IMG/VR virus record: IMGVR_UViG_3300037483_001334
Reading direction: 5' to 3' (one strand)
DNA from: a virus
DNA: 64,000 nt
Position numbers and translations under genes: made by a program. Shown here piece by piece: positions 53,556 to 63,466 of the stretch (its first letter is position 1; every line of letters begins with the position of its first letter). The notes below the pieces were generated by a model that saw only the letters and a program-made list of their open reading frames with translations, made no database searches and had not been told where the DNA came from.

Positions 53556-53978
53556 TTACTCTTCGGAAGGCAACGGCCGTCGCTCCGACGGCGCGTCCCA
53601 GCAGTGAAGCGCGCCATCATCGCTGTGCCAGGCGCACGAGCGACGATGTTCGATGCAGATGCAGCGAATGCCGTGGTGCCCATTGCGAACCTCGTGATCG
53701 TGTGCGACGTGTCGCAGGCCGAAGCCCTCGCAGATCGAGTCGCACTCCTGCGTGAGGCTGGTGGGCTCCGGCGGAGGAGGGCACGCGGGCGGCGCCAGGT
53801 GCTCTGGCGGTGACGGACACACGAGTTCGTCGTGTGTCCATTGGATAGTCGAGCGGACTGCGCCGCTGCCCATGCCAAACAGCATTACGAGTGCCATCAG
53901 TCTAAAACCGTTCCGCTCCCACCAGTCGGGTTTCTTTGGCCCGGGACTCGCGCTCGTGCGGAATGGGCCTTCGCTCAC
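53556..53978 (-). CDS. secreted/membrane Cys/His-rich protein
   Basis: N-terminal TM, HDHEVRNGHHGIRCICIEH. Confidence 0.35.
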   Translation of the reverse strand: MSEGPFRTSASPGPKKPDWWERNGFRLMALVMLFGMGSGAVRSTIQWTHDELVCPSPPEHLAPPACPPPPEPTSLTQECDSICEGFGLRHVAHDHEVRNGHHGIRCICIEHRRSCAWHSDDGALHCWDAPSERRPLPSEE

Positions 53979-54000
53979 GACGCGCTCTCCTTGGGTGCCG

Positions 54001-54801
54001 TCACGGCTTCTCTCCGAGCGTTGCCAACTTCAGGCGCAATCGGAAGATCTCGTTCAGCAGGTCGCGTGTGGTCGACTGCATCTTGCCGGGACGCCGCGAG
54101 ATCCACGCGCGTAGTTCCGCCTCCCACTCCGGCGTTACGGGCCGCATCGGGTCGCGCGACACGTCGTCGTACGGCGGCATGAAGTCTTCACGCTCGGCAA
54201 GCGCGTTCATGAACATCACGCCCTGCTCGTGCGCGTCGTCCTGTGCCCTGTGCGTGTGCTTCAGGCTCTTGTCGAACCAGCGCGGCGGGAAGTTTCGCTT
54301 CGACGACTCGGCGAAGCCGGTTCCGAGTAGCGCCATCGCGAAGGTCTTGACGTCGAGCGCCGAGAAGCTGAACGGCGACGTTCCCGTGAAGGCGATCAGG
54401 TACCAGTACACGAACGTGAAGTCGTAGCCGGATGGGTAGCAGACGGCGATGGGCTTGCCGGGCAGGCAATCGAGCCAAGCGACGAACGCGTGCATCGCCT
54501 TGTCGGGATGCTGCACGTTCGTCTGGCATTCCTTCCATGCTTCAGGCTGCGTCGCCCACCATTTCATCGTGTCTGGGTCGGACGTGGCGCCCTGGAGCAG
54601 CTGGAAGTTGGCGCTGAAGGTCGATATGGGCTTCGTGCGGTCTGGGCTGCGCGGGTCGAACGCAGCTGCGCCGAGCGACAGCATCGAGTTCTTGCCCGGG
54701 ATCGGCCCGTCGGACTCGACATCGATCGAGACGTAGATCTCAGGCCTCTGCTTGTGCTTCTTGCTCACACGGCTCTCTTCTCGCGCATCATGGCGCGCCA
54801 C
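54001..54801 (-). CDS. DEDDh-family 3'-5' exonuclease (DnaQ-like fold)
   Basis: Exo [11 protein letters not shown]; Exo III HRAQDDA. Confidence 0.6.
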   Translation of the reverse strand: MARHDAREESRVSKKHKQRPEIYVSIDVESDGPIPGKNSMLSLGAAAFDPRSPDRTKPISTFSANFQLLQGATSDPDTMKWWATQPEAWKECQTNVQHPDKAMHAFVAWLDCLPGKPIAVCYPSGYDFTFVYWYLIAFTGTSPFSFSALDVKTFAMALLGTGFAESSKRNFPPRWFDKSLKHTHRAQDDAHEQGVMFMNALAEREDFMPPYDDVSRDPMRPVTPEWEAELRAWISRRPGKMQSTTRDLLNEIFRLRLKLATLGEKP

Positions 54802-54962
54802 GCATCGATTGCGCCTTGTTCTGTGTTGTGCACGGCCACCTCGTCGACCAGCGCCGACTCGCCCAACGAGGTGAAGCCGTTGTACGCGACGTAGTAGTCG
54901 TCACCCCATCCGGTGACCAGAAACGTCGCGACCTCGTCTTCAACGTCTGCTGTTTCACTCAT
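54765..54962 (-). CDS. small hypothetical protein
   Basis: ORF 65 aa. Confidence 0.25.
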   Translation of the reverse strand: MSETADVEDEVATFLVTGWGDDYYVAYNGFTSLGESALVDEVAVHNTEQGAIDAWRAMMREKRAV

Positions 54963-56262
54963 CGCGCGCGACCTCCTCTCGTACAGGCGTCACGTCACCC
55001 GCATGCGTCACTTCGATGTCCCAGCGTGCCCCTGTGTGATAGCGGCTGAACGCCGTCGCCGTGGCCGGAGCAAGAGACCATGTTCCGCTGTTGTTGCCGA
55101 AGCTCACCGCGTAGCTTTCCTCTGACACGAGGCGGTACGTGCCGTCCGTGCTCGGCAGCGGAAGGTCAGGCCATGCGATCGGATCTCGGTCGCTGCCGGA
55201 CGTGTTCTCGGTCCGCACGGTCGGCCATTCGTAGAAGTCGTAGTCGCACCACCGGTCGTACGTCGGACACTGCTCGTAGCAGGTGTCGTACTCCGTGCAC
55301 GAGTCGCACTCGGTCGAGTATGTCGTAGTGCACGTCTCTTCACAGTCGCTGAAGCCGTTCGAACCCGACGTGCACTCGGTCTCGCAGTCTTCGCCGGTGG
55401 CGACGTCGTGACAGCGGCAGTCGACCGTGTGCGGATCACAGTCGTACGGATTGCAGTCGTGCGTTCCGTGCTGTTGCTCGACGCACGACACGTTGAACGC
55501 GCCGAGCGGCGAGCCCCAGCCGTTGCCGTGCTGCACGATGCGGTGCTGAAGGGCGAGCGTGCGGTCCCAGCGAGCCGACGTGACCCGAACGTGCTCGTGC
55601 CAGGGCATGAATAGCCATGTCAGAAACCAGACGAGCAGCACGCCGCAGCCGAGCACGGCAACGACCCGGACGATCCCGCGTATGCGTCGCTGCCGACGAA
55701 AGTACGACCGCTCGCTCGCCTCGCTCTCGTCCTCGCTCTCGTCCTCGCTCGGTGGCGGCGGCGACGGCGGCGGACCGGCGGAAAACGCCGCATCACGATA
55801 GCCAACGCCGACCACAGCCGCGCGCGGCGTTTCTCGCCGTGGCCGAACCGTCTCGTCGTTCGCTTCCGCTCCCCCCGTTTCGGGCAGCGTCATCGTCGGC
55901 ATGCCGTTCACGACTGTGCTGGGGTCCCATCCCGCTGCGCGCATGGTAATCGGGTCGGCGTTCCCGTCCGCGCCGCACTCGAAGCACACGACCGCAGAAG
56001 CACGGTTCTCGAAGCGACAGAAGCCGCAGTCCCAGTTTGGCTCGGCGCCGGCCATCGCGACGAGCTTCAGGTCGGTGACAGCCGGAAGGCTCGTAGCGTT
56101 CCTTTCGTCGTACGCCTCGTCACTCTTCCCCTTACCGCACTTGCCGCACCTGAGGTCACGCCCCCTGTTGAGCGCTCGACACGCAGAACACGTCCACGTG
56201 TGCTCGACCTTCCAGCGACGCTTGGTCGTTGTCGTCTTCCAGCGACGCTTGGTCGTTGTCAT
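54955..56262 (-). CDS. membrane protein with two N-terminal RanBP2-type zinc fingers, tandem N-terminal repeat (TTTKRRWK x2) and Cys-rich ectodomain
   Basis: WTCSACRALNRGRDLRCGKCG and WDCGFCRFENRASAVVCFECG; TM VVAVLGCGVLLVWFLTWLF. Confidence 0.45.
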   Translation of the reverse strand: MTTTKRRWKTTTTKRRWKVEHTWTCSACRALNRGRDLRCGKCGKGKSDEAYDERNATSLPAVTDLKLVAMAGAEPNWDCGFCRFENRASAVVCFECGADGNADPITMRAAGWDPSTVVNGMPTMTLPETGGAEANDETVRPRRETPRAAVVGVGYRDAAFSAGPPPSPPPPSEDESEDESEASERSYFRRQRRIRGIVRVVAVLGCGVLLVWFLTWLFMPWHEHVRVTSARWDRTLALQHRIVQHGNGWGSPLGAFNVSCVEQQHGTHDCNPYDCDPHTVDCRCHDVATGEDCETECTSGSNGFSDCEETCTTTYSTECDSCTEYDTCYEQCPTYDRWCDYDFYEWPTVRTENTSGSDRDPIAWPDLPLPSTDGTYRLVSEESYAVSFGNNSGTWSLAPATATAFSRYHTGARWDIEVTHAGDVTPVREEVARDE

Positions 56263-56483
56263 CAGCGCCCGCGTTTCTGGTCCAGGTCGTCAGCGGCTTG
56301 GTCGAGAGCGTCTGCGATGCACGCGGCGATGCTCTCGTACTCGTGGCGCTCGTGCCATCCAGCATGGGCCAGCTGCGTCATCGCGTGTTCTCGCAGTAGT
56401 GCCGCGGCCTCGGCCAGGCCGTCGCGCACGCCGCGCCCGTACGCGTCATCCGAGGGGAGCGGTTCCGGAGTGCCCGCGCTCAC
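56262..56483 (-). CDS. small hypothetical protein
   Basis: ORF 73 aa. Confidence 0.3.
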   Translation of the reverse strand: MSAGTPEPLPSDDAYGRGVRDGLAEAAALLREHAMTQLAHAGWHERHEYESIAACIADALDQAADDLDQKRGR

Positions 56484-56902
56484 GGGTCCTCGTCTCTGTC
56501 GGTGTCGCGCTCGCGATTACAGGTCGCAAGCGCGTGCGCGAGCAAGCGATCATGCAGTTCGTACTGTGCGATCTCGGTCGCGTGCGCCTCGTTGATGTCG
56601 TCGTAGTCGGCGACCAGCACGTCTCGCGCTCTGTAGCAGCGGTCGAGACGCGTTACGCACTCCCCGTGCTCTTCGAGCACCTCCGGTGCACAGAAGTCCG
56701 TGGGCATCACGACGCGCACGGCGGCTGGCTCGCGAACACGGAGGTCGTTCGACCACGAGGCGTTCATGCCGCCCCATCCGGCCACGACCAACGTCCAGAG
56801 AAGAAGAGCGCCAGCCCGTCGCAGGTCAGCACGACGCTCCCTGTCGTGCCAGGCCACAAGCTCAGCTCGCGCCGTCTCGATGTCGTTGGTGCGGTAGGGC
56901 AT
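56480..56902 (-). CDS. membrane protein
   Basis: ORF 140 aa; TM ALLLWTLVVAGWGGM. Confidence 0.35.
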   Translation of the reverse strand: MPYRTNDIETARAELVAWHDRERRADLRRAGALLLWTLVVAGWGGMNASWSNDLRVREPAAVRVVMPTDFCAPEVLEEHGECVTRLDRCYRARDVLVADYDDINEAHATEIAQYELHDRLLAHALATCNRERDTDRDEDP

Positions 56903-57167
56903 GCGACATACGTCTTACACGGCTACATGCGGTCGTGCAACCACAAATCGCAGCAGCGTCCGACCTAGGGCGGCGCGACTTCAACGAACGCCACGAGCCC
57001 CTCGTCAGCCTCACGCATGCAGAGGCGCGCGATGTCTTTGGGCGAGATCAGCTCGCTCGCGTACGTCTTGTCCGGCTGCTGGACCCGGACGGCAGTCGAC
57101 GTGCGCCGAAACTGTGCCCAGCTCGCGGCGTATAGCGCCCACCATTCGGGTCCGAAACGCTGCGGCG

Positions 57168-57530
57168 TCATGGCGTGACGACGTACCAGTCCTTGGCGAC
57201 CATGTCTTCGAGGAGAGCGTCCCAGCCGAAGCGGACGTATCCATGACGAATGCCGTTATCCCGCGGCACCTTGCGGCGCGTGGCCATGTAGATCAGCGGA
57301 CTTTGTGAGTAGCCGGAGGTAGGCCAGGCCCACATCAGTTCGGATTCAGCTTTCTGCAACCCGACCGTAGCTGGATCGAGGACGCCAATCCAGCCGTCAT
57401 GCTCATCGGCCTTCCAGGAGTCGATGTGCCCTGGACGATATCCGTCGCTGGCCCATAGGCGCCGCGCGATCTTCGAGCCCTCATCGAGCATCAATCGCAT
57501 CGCAACTGAGAAATCCATATCACCGTTCAT
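57168..57530 (-). CDS. DUF2829-like phage protein
   Basis: FSVAMRLMLDEGSKIARRLW pattern; internal ATG of ORF 57168..57716. Confidence 0.35.
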   Translation of the reverse strand: MNGDMDFSVAMRLMLDEGSKIARRLWASDGYRPGHIDSWKADEHDGWIGVLDPATVGLQKAESELMWAWPTSGYSQSPLIYMATRRKVPRDNGIRHGYVRFGWDALLEDMVAKDWYVVTP

Positions 57531-57788
57531 CTTCCACCTCTTCCTGAATGTGAACGAAGTCGAGCGCTCGCAGGCCCGCCTCGCTTGCGCGCATCGCCTC
57601 CGCGCTGCGAAGTCGTCGTACTTCAGCGCGCAGCTCATCGAGAGACATCTCGTCCACGTCGTCACGGAATGGGGCGTCGACGACCCACTCGTAGAACGGG
57701 TGAATGACCGGTTCATGGAGGATGCTCGGACGATGCCAGCTTGGCCGGCACATCCAACACCCGCCAGTCGAGCCGCACATGCAGGACG

Positions 57789-58301
57789 TCATGCCTTCTG
57801 CTTTCTGAGTAAACGCCTGGCTGCCGTGAGTAGGTTTTCTGGCTTCGCGTGACGATAGTGGCCCGCGCACAGCTGCACGGGCACTTCGTCTGGTGAGCGG
57901 AGTCCAGGACGCGGAACACGCACGATACGTTCTGCGGCGATCGCCGCGAGACAGAGCGCGCAGTGAGGTCCCGCGTCGGCGGCATCCGGCATCATGTCCA
58001 GTGGGCTGGTGGTATCTGGCCCGTCGTTCATGTGCTTGAGATGAAGCTGAAGTGCCGCGATGAGCGCACGCGTCGCGTCCGGAGTCAGCAAAGGTGTACT
58101 GCCGCTGCCTCCGCTATTGTGCCGTTCGAGAAAGAGCCAGAGTCGGTCTGTTGGACGCCCGAGGCCGTGATTTTGGCCGCCGAAAACGGTTGCTTGCTTT
58201 ACGATCAGCATCGCGCCGTTGGCGTCTTCGATGTTCGCGTACACGCGGCAGCCGCGGGCGTCACGTTTCATGCTGCGTCCTACAGGGTCTTGGGCTCCCA
58301 A
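57789..58301 (-). CDS. hypothetical protein
   Basis: ORF 170 aa. Confidence 0.3.
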   Translation of the reverse strand: MGAQDPVGRSMKRDARGCRVYANIEDANGAMLIVKQATVFGGQNHGLGRPTDRLWLFLERHNSGGSGSTPLLTPDATRALIAALQLHLKHMNDGPDTTSPLDMMPDAADAGPHCALCLAAIAAERIVRVPRPGLRSPDEVPVQLCAGHYRHAKPENLLTAARRLLRKQKA

Positions 58302-58504
58302 CCGCGGCCGATCGGCAGGTCGTCGTAGCGAGGATCGATCACGAGCAGGCCGCGGTCCCAGCTGATGGGGAACGTCTCGTAGGGGCCGCTCTGCGTGACT
58401 AGCTCGCGGTAGAGCGGGCCAGCCGCTCGTGGCTGAAGCCGCAGGATGGCCTCATCAGGAAAGCAGTACTGGTCGGTGGAAGGGTGAACGCCGTGGTAGC
58501 TCAT
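58280..58504 (-). CDS. small hypothetical protein
   Basis: ORF 74 aa. Confidence 0.3.
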   Translation of the reverse strand: MSYHGVHPSTDQYCFPDEAILRLQPRAAGPLYRELVTQSGPYETFPISWDRGLLVIDPRYDDLPIGRGWEPKTL

Positions 58505-58894
58505 GCGTCGAGCTTACCGGACGGCCGTAGGCTCGTCACTTCCGTCGGATCGGCCGGGTGTCCGCCATCATGAAGCTGGGCGCACCCCTGCCGCGGATCG
58601 GCACAGGGCTCCGGATGAAACGGCCCCAGCTGGGCGCGCCGATCCGCAGCTGCTCCATGCAGCGCTTCGTGGCAGCCTCGAAGCTCTTGCCCTCGCCGGT
58701 GAAGACAAGCAGCGGCCGAGGCCACTGACCGACCTGCGTGATGGCGTTGGGATGATCGCTCGCGATCTGGATGTACTGGATGCCGCCCTGCTCGCCGAGC
58801 CAGGCGATCATGTACGCGGTCTTCACAGACGGAGGCGCTGGAATCACAGGCTGTGCTTCTGCGCTGCGCTTGGCTGCGCCACTAAGGACTCGAC

Positions 58895-60400
58895 TCACTT
58901 CTTCCTGCCCTTCGACTGCTCCAGCTCCAGCTCCTGTTCTTCGTCGACGAAGCAGAAGCCGGGCAAGAGATTTCGCTTCCGAAGCCACTCGAAGACCGTC
59001 CGGTGAACGGCGGCGTCCAGCTCGTCATCGTGAGCGTCCGTAACGCGCTCGATCCACTCGTCGCTGGGCTCGTCGGCGCGCATGTACACGAGGCCCTTGG
59101 CCACTCCGGAGAGCACCCCCTCACCAAGGTCAGAGAGCACGCTGTCGAGATCTGGCACCGAGACCAGAGCGACCGTCGGCCGCCCATCCTCCCACTCGAT
59201 CTTCTGCACGCGCGATCTCCACGCTGTCCTAGCCGCCTCCTCCGCCTCTAGACGCGTCGCGTACTCGACGCGTAGATCGTACTGAACGTTGTAGTCGTTC
59301 AGCGCGACGCCCTTGCTCACGTCGGCCGCCGTGCCAGGGATAGCGTAGGCGTAGAACGACCGACCGTCGTACTTCGCGCACTCATCTTCGACAGACTTGG
59401 CTGTCTCGGGGTAGCGCCCCTCGCCATCGAGCCAGGCGAGCACTGCGTTGCCGTGCTCCTGGTTGTTGAGGCCCAGGTGTTCGAGCAGCTGAGCCGCAGT
59501 CGAGTTCGCGGCTCGAAGACGCGCGATCTCACCTTCGAGGACGAGGACGCGAGCTGTCCGAACGTCGACATCGGTCACCGGCTCCACGTTGTCGATCTTT
59601 GCCGGACTTTTTTCGCCGACGCGCCGGACATCCTCACGCGAGACGTCGTGGTCAGAATGACGATCCGCTGTGACGACGCATCGCTCGCCTCTGCCGTAAC
59701 TCTCGCCTCTGCCGTAGCGCTCGAACCTGGCGGCCCGCCAATGCCGCCGCCCGTCCGTCGACGTGACCCTGACCTCGACCTGGTCGCCCGGTTGAAGCCG
59801 TGACCGAATCTGGTTCACGTTCATCAGCCGGCCAGGAGCCGCCGTGCCACTTCGTTCGCGGTCGTGGTCGAAGATGACGCGGTATGGCGTCGCTCCGCCG
59901 TCGTAGACGAAGTCGATTTTTGCCAAGCGCCACTCGCTCCACGCGTCGAGCGCTTCGATGTCGAGGCCACGCCGGAAGGCGGGCCCGAGCGCCTCGGTCA
60001 GATTTTCCGGCCGCCGACGGATCTGCGTGTGGAGATAGGTCTCCTTGTGTGGGTGAGCGGCGGGAAACAAGACGGCACAGGCCAGCTGCGGGGCTGCGTA
60101 TCCCTCGCACTTCTCGTAGTTGTAGCCGTCAAAGGTAGCGGTTGCCCAGCGACCCTCTCCGACGCACACGTAGATGGGGTCACCGGTCTGAAAGCGGTAG
60201 CGGGCGAGCGAGTCGTCGCGCAGCGAGACCGGTCGGCCGTTCAGGCGGCCAGTGGAGTCCTCGAACTGAACGACGAATGCGGCGTCGGGCGCCCATAGGT
60301 TCAGAACCTGCGCTAGGCGCCAGGGGCTCGTCTCGTCTTTTCGAGCTTCGACCTTGGTTCCCGGTGCCCAGAACGACTTCCTGCGTGTCATGGCCGTCAT
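58895..60400 (-). CDS. large hypothetical protein (501 aa)
   Basis: long minus ORF; overlapping ORF 58536..58988 not chosen. Confidence 0.4.
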   Translation of the reverse strand: MTAMTRRKSFWAPGTKVEARKDETSPWRLAQVLNLWAPDAAFVVQFEDSTGRLNGRPVSLRDDSLARYRFQTGDPIYVCVGEGRWATATFDGYNYEKCEGYAAPQLACAVLFPAAHPHKETYLHTQIRRRPENLTEALGPAFRRGLDIEALDAWSEWRLAKIDFVYDGGATPYRVIFDHDRERSGTAAPGRLMNVNQIRSRLQPGDQVEVRVTSTDGRRHWRAARFERYGRGESYGRGERCVVTADRHSDHDVSREDVRRVGEKSPAKIDNVEPVTDVDVRTARVLVLEGEIARLRAANSTAAQLLEHLGLNNQEHGNAVLAWLDGEGRYPETAKSVEDECAKYDGRSFYAYAIPGTAADVSKGVALNDYNVQYDLRVEYATRLEAEEAARTAWRSRVQKIEWEDGRPTVALVSVPDLDSVLSDLGEGVLSGVAKGLVYMRADEPSDEWIERVTDAHDDELDAAVHRTVFEWLRKRNLLPGFCFVDEEQELELEQSKGRKK

Positions 60401-60402
60401 TG

Positions 60403-60903
60403 CTACCAGTCCGTGATCTGCGCAAACGCGTCTTCGTCCGCGTCGAAGCAGTGGTCAGCGCGCGAGGCGAAGACGTTTCGCGCGTGTGCGCCGCTCGCGA
60501 TGATGCGAATCGGCTCCTCGACGTTGTTGCCGAAGGCCTCGATCGCGGCGTTCCAGCCGATGGCGATGCCCAGCTCGGAGTGCACTCCAGCGCCGCCTTC
60601 GGCTGGGCACAAGATCCAGACGATGTCGGCGTCCAGCACGCCCTTCGTGTCATCATCCGCCGCGATTCGTCGCTCTTCGAAGGTCGGCGGCCTGCCGAGG
60701 GCGCGGAATCGCGCGACCTCCGGCGTCCAGTCGCACGTGATGATGTACCCGGCCTTCCGTACCTCATCCATCCACTTCTTCGCACGGTCTTCTTCGTGCG
60801 AGTACGCAGCGATGTAGATCTTGCCGCGCGGCGTGACGCCTCCGACCTCTGGGTCGGGGCTCGGTCGCTCGTCGGTCACGAGAGCGAGCCCTGCATCTTG
60901 CAC
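60403..60903 (-). CDS. nucleoside 2-deoxyribosyltransferase-like protein
   Basis: KIYIAAYSHEED...DADIVWILCPAEGGAGVHSELGIAIG. Confidence 0.35.
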   Translation of the reverse strand: MQDAGLALVTDERPSPDPEVGGVTPRGKIYIAAYSHEEDRAKKWMDEVRKAGYIITCDWTPEVARFRALGRPPTFEERRIAADDDTKGVLDADIVWILCPAEGGAGVHSELGIAIGWNAAIEAFGNNVEEPIRIIASGAHARNVFASRADHCFDADEDAFAQITDW

Positions 60904-61466
60904 GCGGCGCTGACGACCCGGCGCACGAAGGCGCTGAGCGCATCGTGGTGGATGCCGCGGATCGCCGGTGACTGCGACGTCTTCTGGAACATCGCGGTCA
61001 GCTCGGCTGCGATACCGTCGAGCCCCAGCTCAGCGCGGGTGCTCGCGGCCACGGCCGGCATAGCCGCTGGCCGGCGGTGGCCGTTCGCCGTCACCTTCGC
61101 GTGACCACGCAGTCGACGTGCCGCCGGACCGTTCGCAACCGGCCTCGGAAGCGCAGCCTCCGGCATCGGCACGACGACCGCCTTCTTCGGCGCCTTGGTC
61201 TTCGCCGCGCGGATCTCCTTCTGACCCTGGTGGATCATCTTCAGCAGATCGCTGTCCGAGCATCCGAGTGCCCTCGCGACGTGGGCGAAGTCGGGGCTGC
61301 TCTCCTGCATGACCTGATGCCCATTCTCGACGTTGCTCACGAACGTCTTTCTCGCCGCCGTGCTGGTCGAGGCATGCGTGAGCGGGAACATTCTCACGGC
61401 CCCTTCCGGGCCGCTCCAGCCGTTCTTCGTCCGCAGCGCCTTGATTCGATTCCCGAACTCCGTCAT
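60876..61466 (-). CDS. XRE-family HTH transcriptional regulator (repressor-like)
   Basis: MTEFGNRIKALRTKNGWS...; RBS GGGAGG; promoter-like TTGACT-17-TAACGT upstream on the minus strand. Confidence 0.6.
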   Translation of the reverse strand: MTEFGNRIKALRTKNGWSGPEGAVRMFPLTHASTSTAARKTFVSNVENGHQVMQESSPDFAHVARALGCSDSDLLKMIHQGQKEIRAAKTKAPKKAVVVPMPEAALPRPVANGPAARRLRGHAKVTANGHRRPAAMPAVAASTRAELGLDGIAAELTAMFQKTSQSPAIRGIHHDALSAFVRRVVSAACKMQGSLS

Positions 61467-61529
61467 GCGTTCCTCCCGAGGGTTGCCCAACCAGGACGCC
61501 GACGTTACGTGGACGATGTCTGACAGTCA

Positions 61530-61603
61530 AGACAGAAACGCGACGGCTTGCGACATACCGGTCGGGAACCCGTTGACACGCTTCGCTTGGTTCCGGTACC
61601 TAT
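61530..61603. promoter_or_regulatory. divergent promoter/operator region: TTGACT/TAACGT for the XRE gene on the minus strand, TTGACA(61573)-18-TACCTA(61597) for the plus gene (likely leaderless), palindrome TGACAGTCA
   Basis: sequence motifs read directly. Confidence 0.45.
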
Positions 61604-62030
61604 GGGCATGCTCGAACGCACCGATACCGCGGTCACCATCAGCTGCGACGCATGTCGCGCCGTCTGTCTCGTGAAGAGCGAATCCGCACTCAAGTCAGAT
61701 CCAGCGGACCCGAAAGCACCGTCGGTGAAGCTGGACGGGAACGTCGTCGTTCGCGTGCGACACGGCCAGGGCGATCGGCGGCATCGGCGTACCGTTGGCG
61801 GCGGGCAGCATCCGATCATGTGGAACAAGGAGCGGCGCCTCATCACGATCCGCGAGTACCCCTGGCTCTGCGACGACTGCTACGAGACCGGCGGCGTGGG
61901 AAAGCTCGACGACGAATGGAAGCCTCTGCGCGAGGTCTTCTGCACCGCCTGCTCAACCGTTGTTCTGCGGTACGAAGACGCTCCAGAACAGACGTGCCTG
62001 AAGTGTCGCCGGGGGGATGGTTGGCGATGA
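61602..62030 (+). CDS. Cys-rich hypothetical protein (possibly leaderless, ATG 61602/61608)
   Basis: -10 element abuts the ATG. Confidence 0.4.
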   Translation: MGMLERTDTAVTISCDACRAVCLVKSESALKSDPADPKAPSVKLDGNVVVRVRHGQGDRRHRRTVGGGQHPIMWNKERRLITIREYPWLCDDCYETGGVGKLDDEWKPLREVFCTACSTVVLRYEDAPEQTCLKCRRGDGWR

Positions 62031-62263
62031 TGATGCCGTTCCGCGTGACGCACGGCTCACTCGTGCGACCGGGCCCGGAGCCGGGTTGGACGTTCTGCGC
62101 TGGCGGCGGAGACTGCCAGGACGCGACCGGTCGGCGCTGGCCGCTGGGACTCGTGTGGCTGACCCTCGAAGATCCGACCGGCCGCAGGTGGATGTCGTGG
62201 TTCAACAGCTACTTCAGCGTTCAGATCGCGCTTCCGCGCGATTGCCGCGTGACCCAGCGCTGA
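62027..62263 (+). CDS. small hypothetical protein (MMMPFRVTHG...)
   Basis: ATGA overlap. Confidence 0.35.
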   Translation: MMMPFRVTHGSLVRPGPEPGWTFCAGGGDCQDATGRRWPLGLVWLTLEDPTGRRWMSWFNSYFSVQIALPRDCRVTQR

Positions 62264-62309
62264 TGTTGCGGAATGTTGCGCAGCGTCAGACACGTGCTAC
62301 GCCTCGCGG

Positions 62310-62909
62310 GTGAAGCAGTATCCGAGCATCGACGGTGTTCCGCGCTACGGGCCGTGCTACGTGTTCCCGAAGTACGACGGGTCGAACATCCGCGCCGAGT
62401 GGACGAAGAAGCGTGGTTTCGACAAGTTCGGTTCCCGGAAGGTGCTGATCGGGCCGGACAGCATGTTCGCGGAGGCGATCTCGCTCATCGAGGCTCAGGA
62501 GGACGCATTCGCGTCGGTGTGCTCGCGTCAACGCTGGGATCGGGTGACGTGCTTCTTCGAGTTCTACGGCCGGGAGTCGTTTGCCGGCTTGCACGTGGAT
62601 GGCGACCCGAAGGTCACGACCCTGATCGACGTCGACGTGTACAGGCGCGGGCAGATCGACCCGCGCGACTTCATCGACATCTTCGGCGCTTTCGCGTACT
62701 CGGCCCCGTGTATCGCCACGAGCTTCCACAAGGAGTCGCAGCAGGGCGTTCGAGACGGTGTATTCGAGGGGCAGACGTTCGAGGGCGTGGTGTGCAAGGT
62801 CCCGAGCAAGCGGAAGTGGACGCCTCCGTACATGTACAAGATGAAGAGCGCCGCTTGGATCGAGCGCGTGAAGGCGCGGTACGGCGAGAAGGCCGAGGAG
62901 CTGCTGTGA
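62310..62909 (+). CDS. ATP-dependent RNA/DNA ligase-family nucleotidyltransferase (minimal Rnl-like)
   Basis: motif I KYDGSNIR (KxDGxR), motif IV FEGVVCK, motif V YMYKMK. Confidence 0.55.
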   Translation: MKQYPSIDGVPRYGPCYVFPKYDGSNIRAEWTKKRGFDKFGSRKVLIGPDSMFAEAISLIEAQEDAFASVCSRQRWDRVTCFFEFYGRESFAGLHVDGDPKVTTLIDVDVYRRGQIDPRDFIDIFGAFAYSAPCIATSFHKESQQGVRDGVFEGQTFEGVVCKVPSKRKWTPPYMYKMKSAAWIERVKARYGEKAEELL

Positions 62910-63151
62910 TCGTCGGGTGCTACGCAGCCGACTTCTACTGCCAGAACTCGCCGACTGCGGCCGAGACAGTTGATGGGGAAGGGACGTGTTCATCGTACAC
63001 GCCCGGAATCACCGGCCCGCATCAGTTCACGGGCAACACTCGAACGGAAGCGTACGCAGAGGCGCGTGCGTATGGCTGGCGGATCGACGTGAAGACAGAG
63101 CGAGCGTGGTGCCCGGTGTGTGCGGCGACGATGAAGAAGAAATCGAAATGA
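62906..63151 (+). CDS. small Cys-rich protein (GTG start)
   Basis: GTGA overlap. Confidence 0.3.
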   Translation: MIVGCYAADFYCQNSPTAAETVDGEGTCSSYTPGITGPHQFTGNTRTEAYAEARAYGWRIDVKTERAWCPVCAATMKKKSK

Positions 63152-63408
63152 AGAAGGTCCACAGCGTTCGCATCGACCTGACCTCGTGCCCTGGCTGCCA
63201 CGTTGCTGTCGACGGTGCAGGGAACATGGAGGGAGGACGTCTCGGACCGAAGCCGGACGATCTCTGCGTCTGCGTCTACTGCCTCGCGCTGAACCAGTAC
63301 GACGCGGGGATGCAGCTGCGCGCATTCGACTACGAAACGTTGGGACCCGAAGATCGCGCGCAAATCGACAAGGTGCGCGCGATCATCCGCGGCCGCATCT
63401 CGAACTGA
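63148..63408 (+). CDS. small Cys-rich zinc-binding protein
   Basis: ATGA overlap; CPGCH...CVCVYC. Confidence 0.35.
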   Translation: MKKVHSVRIDLTSCPGCHVAVDGAGNMEGGRLGPKPDDLCVCVYCLALNQYDAGMQLRAFDYETLGPEDRAQIDKVRAIIRGRISN

Positions 63409-63466
63409 GCGTTGACGTCCCGCGCGCTAGCGTGTAGCTTACGACACACTTTCAACTGGGGGCCGC

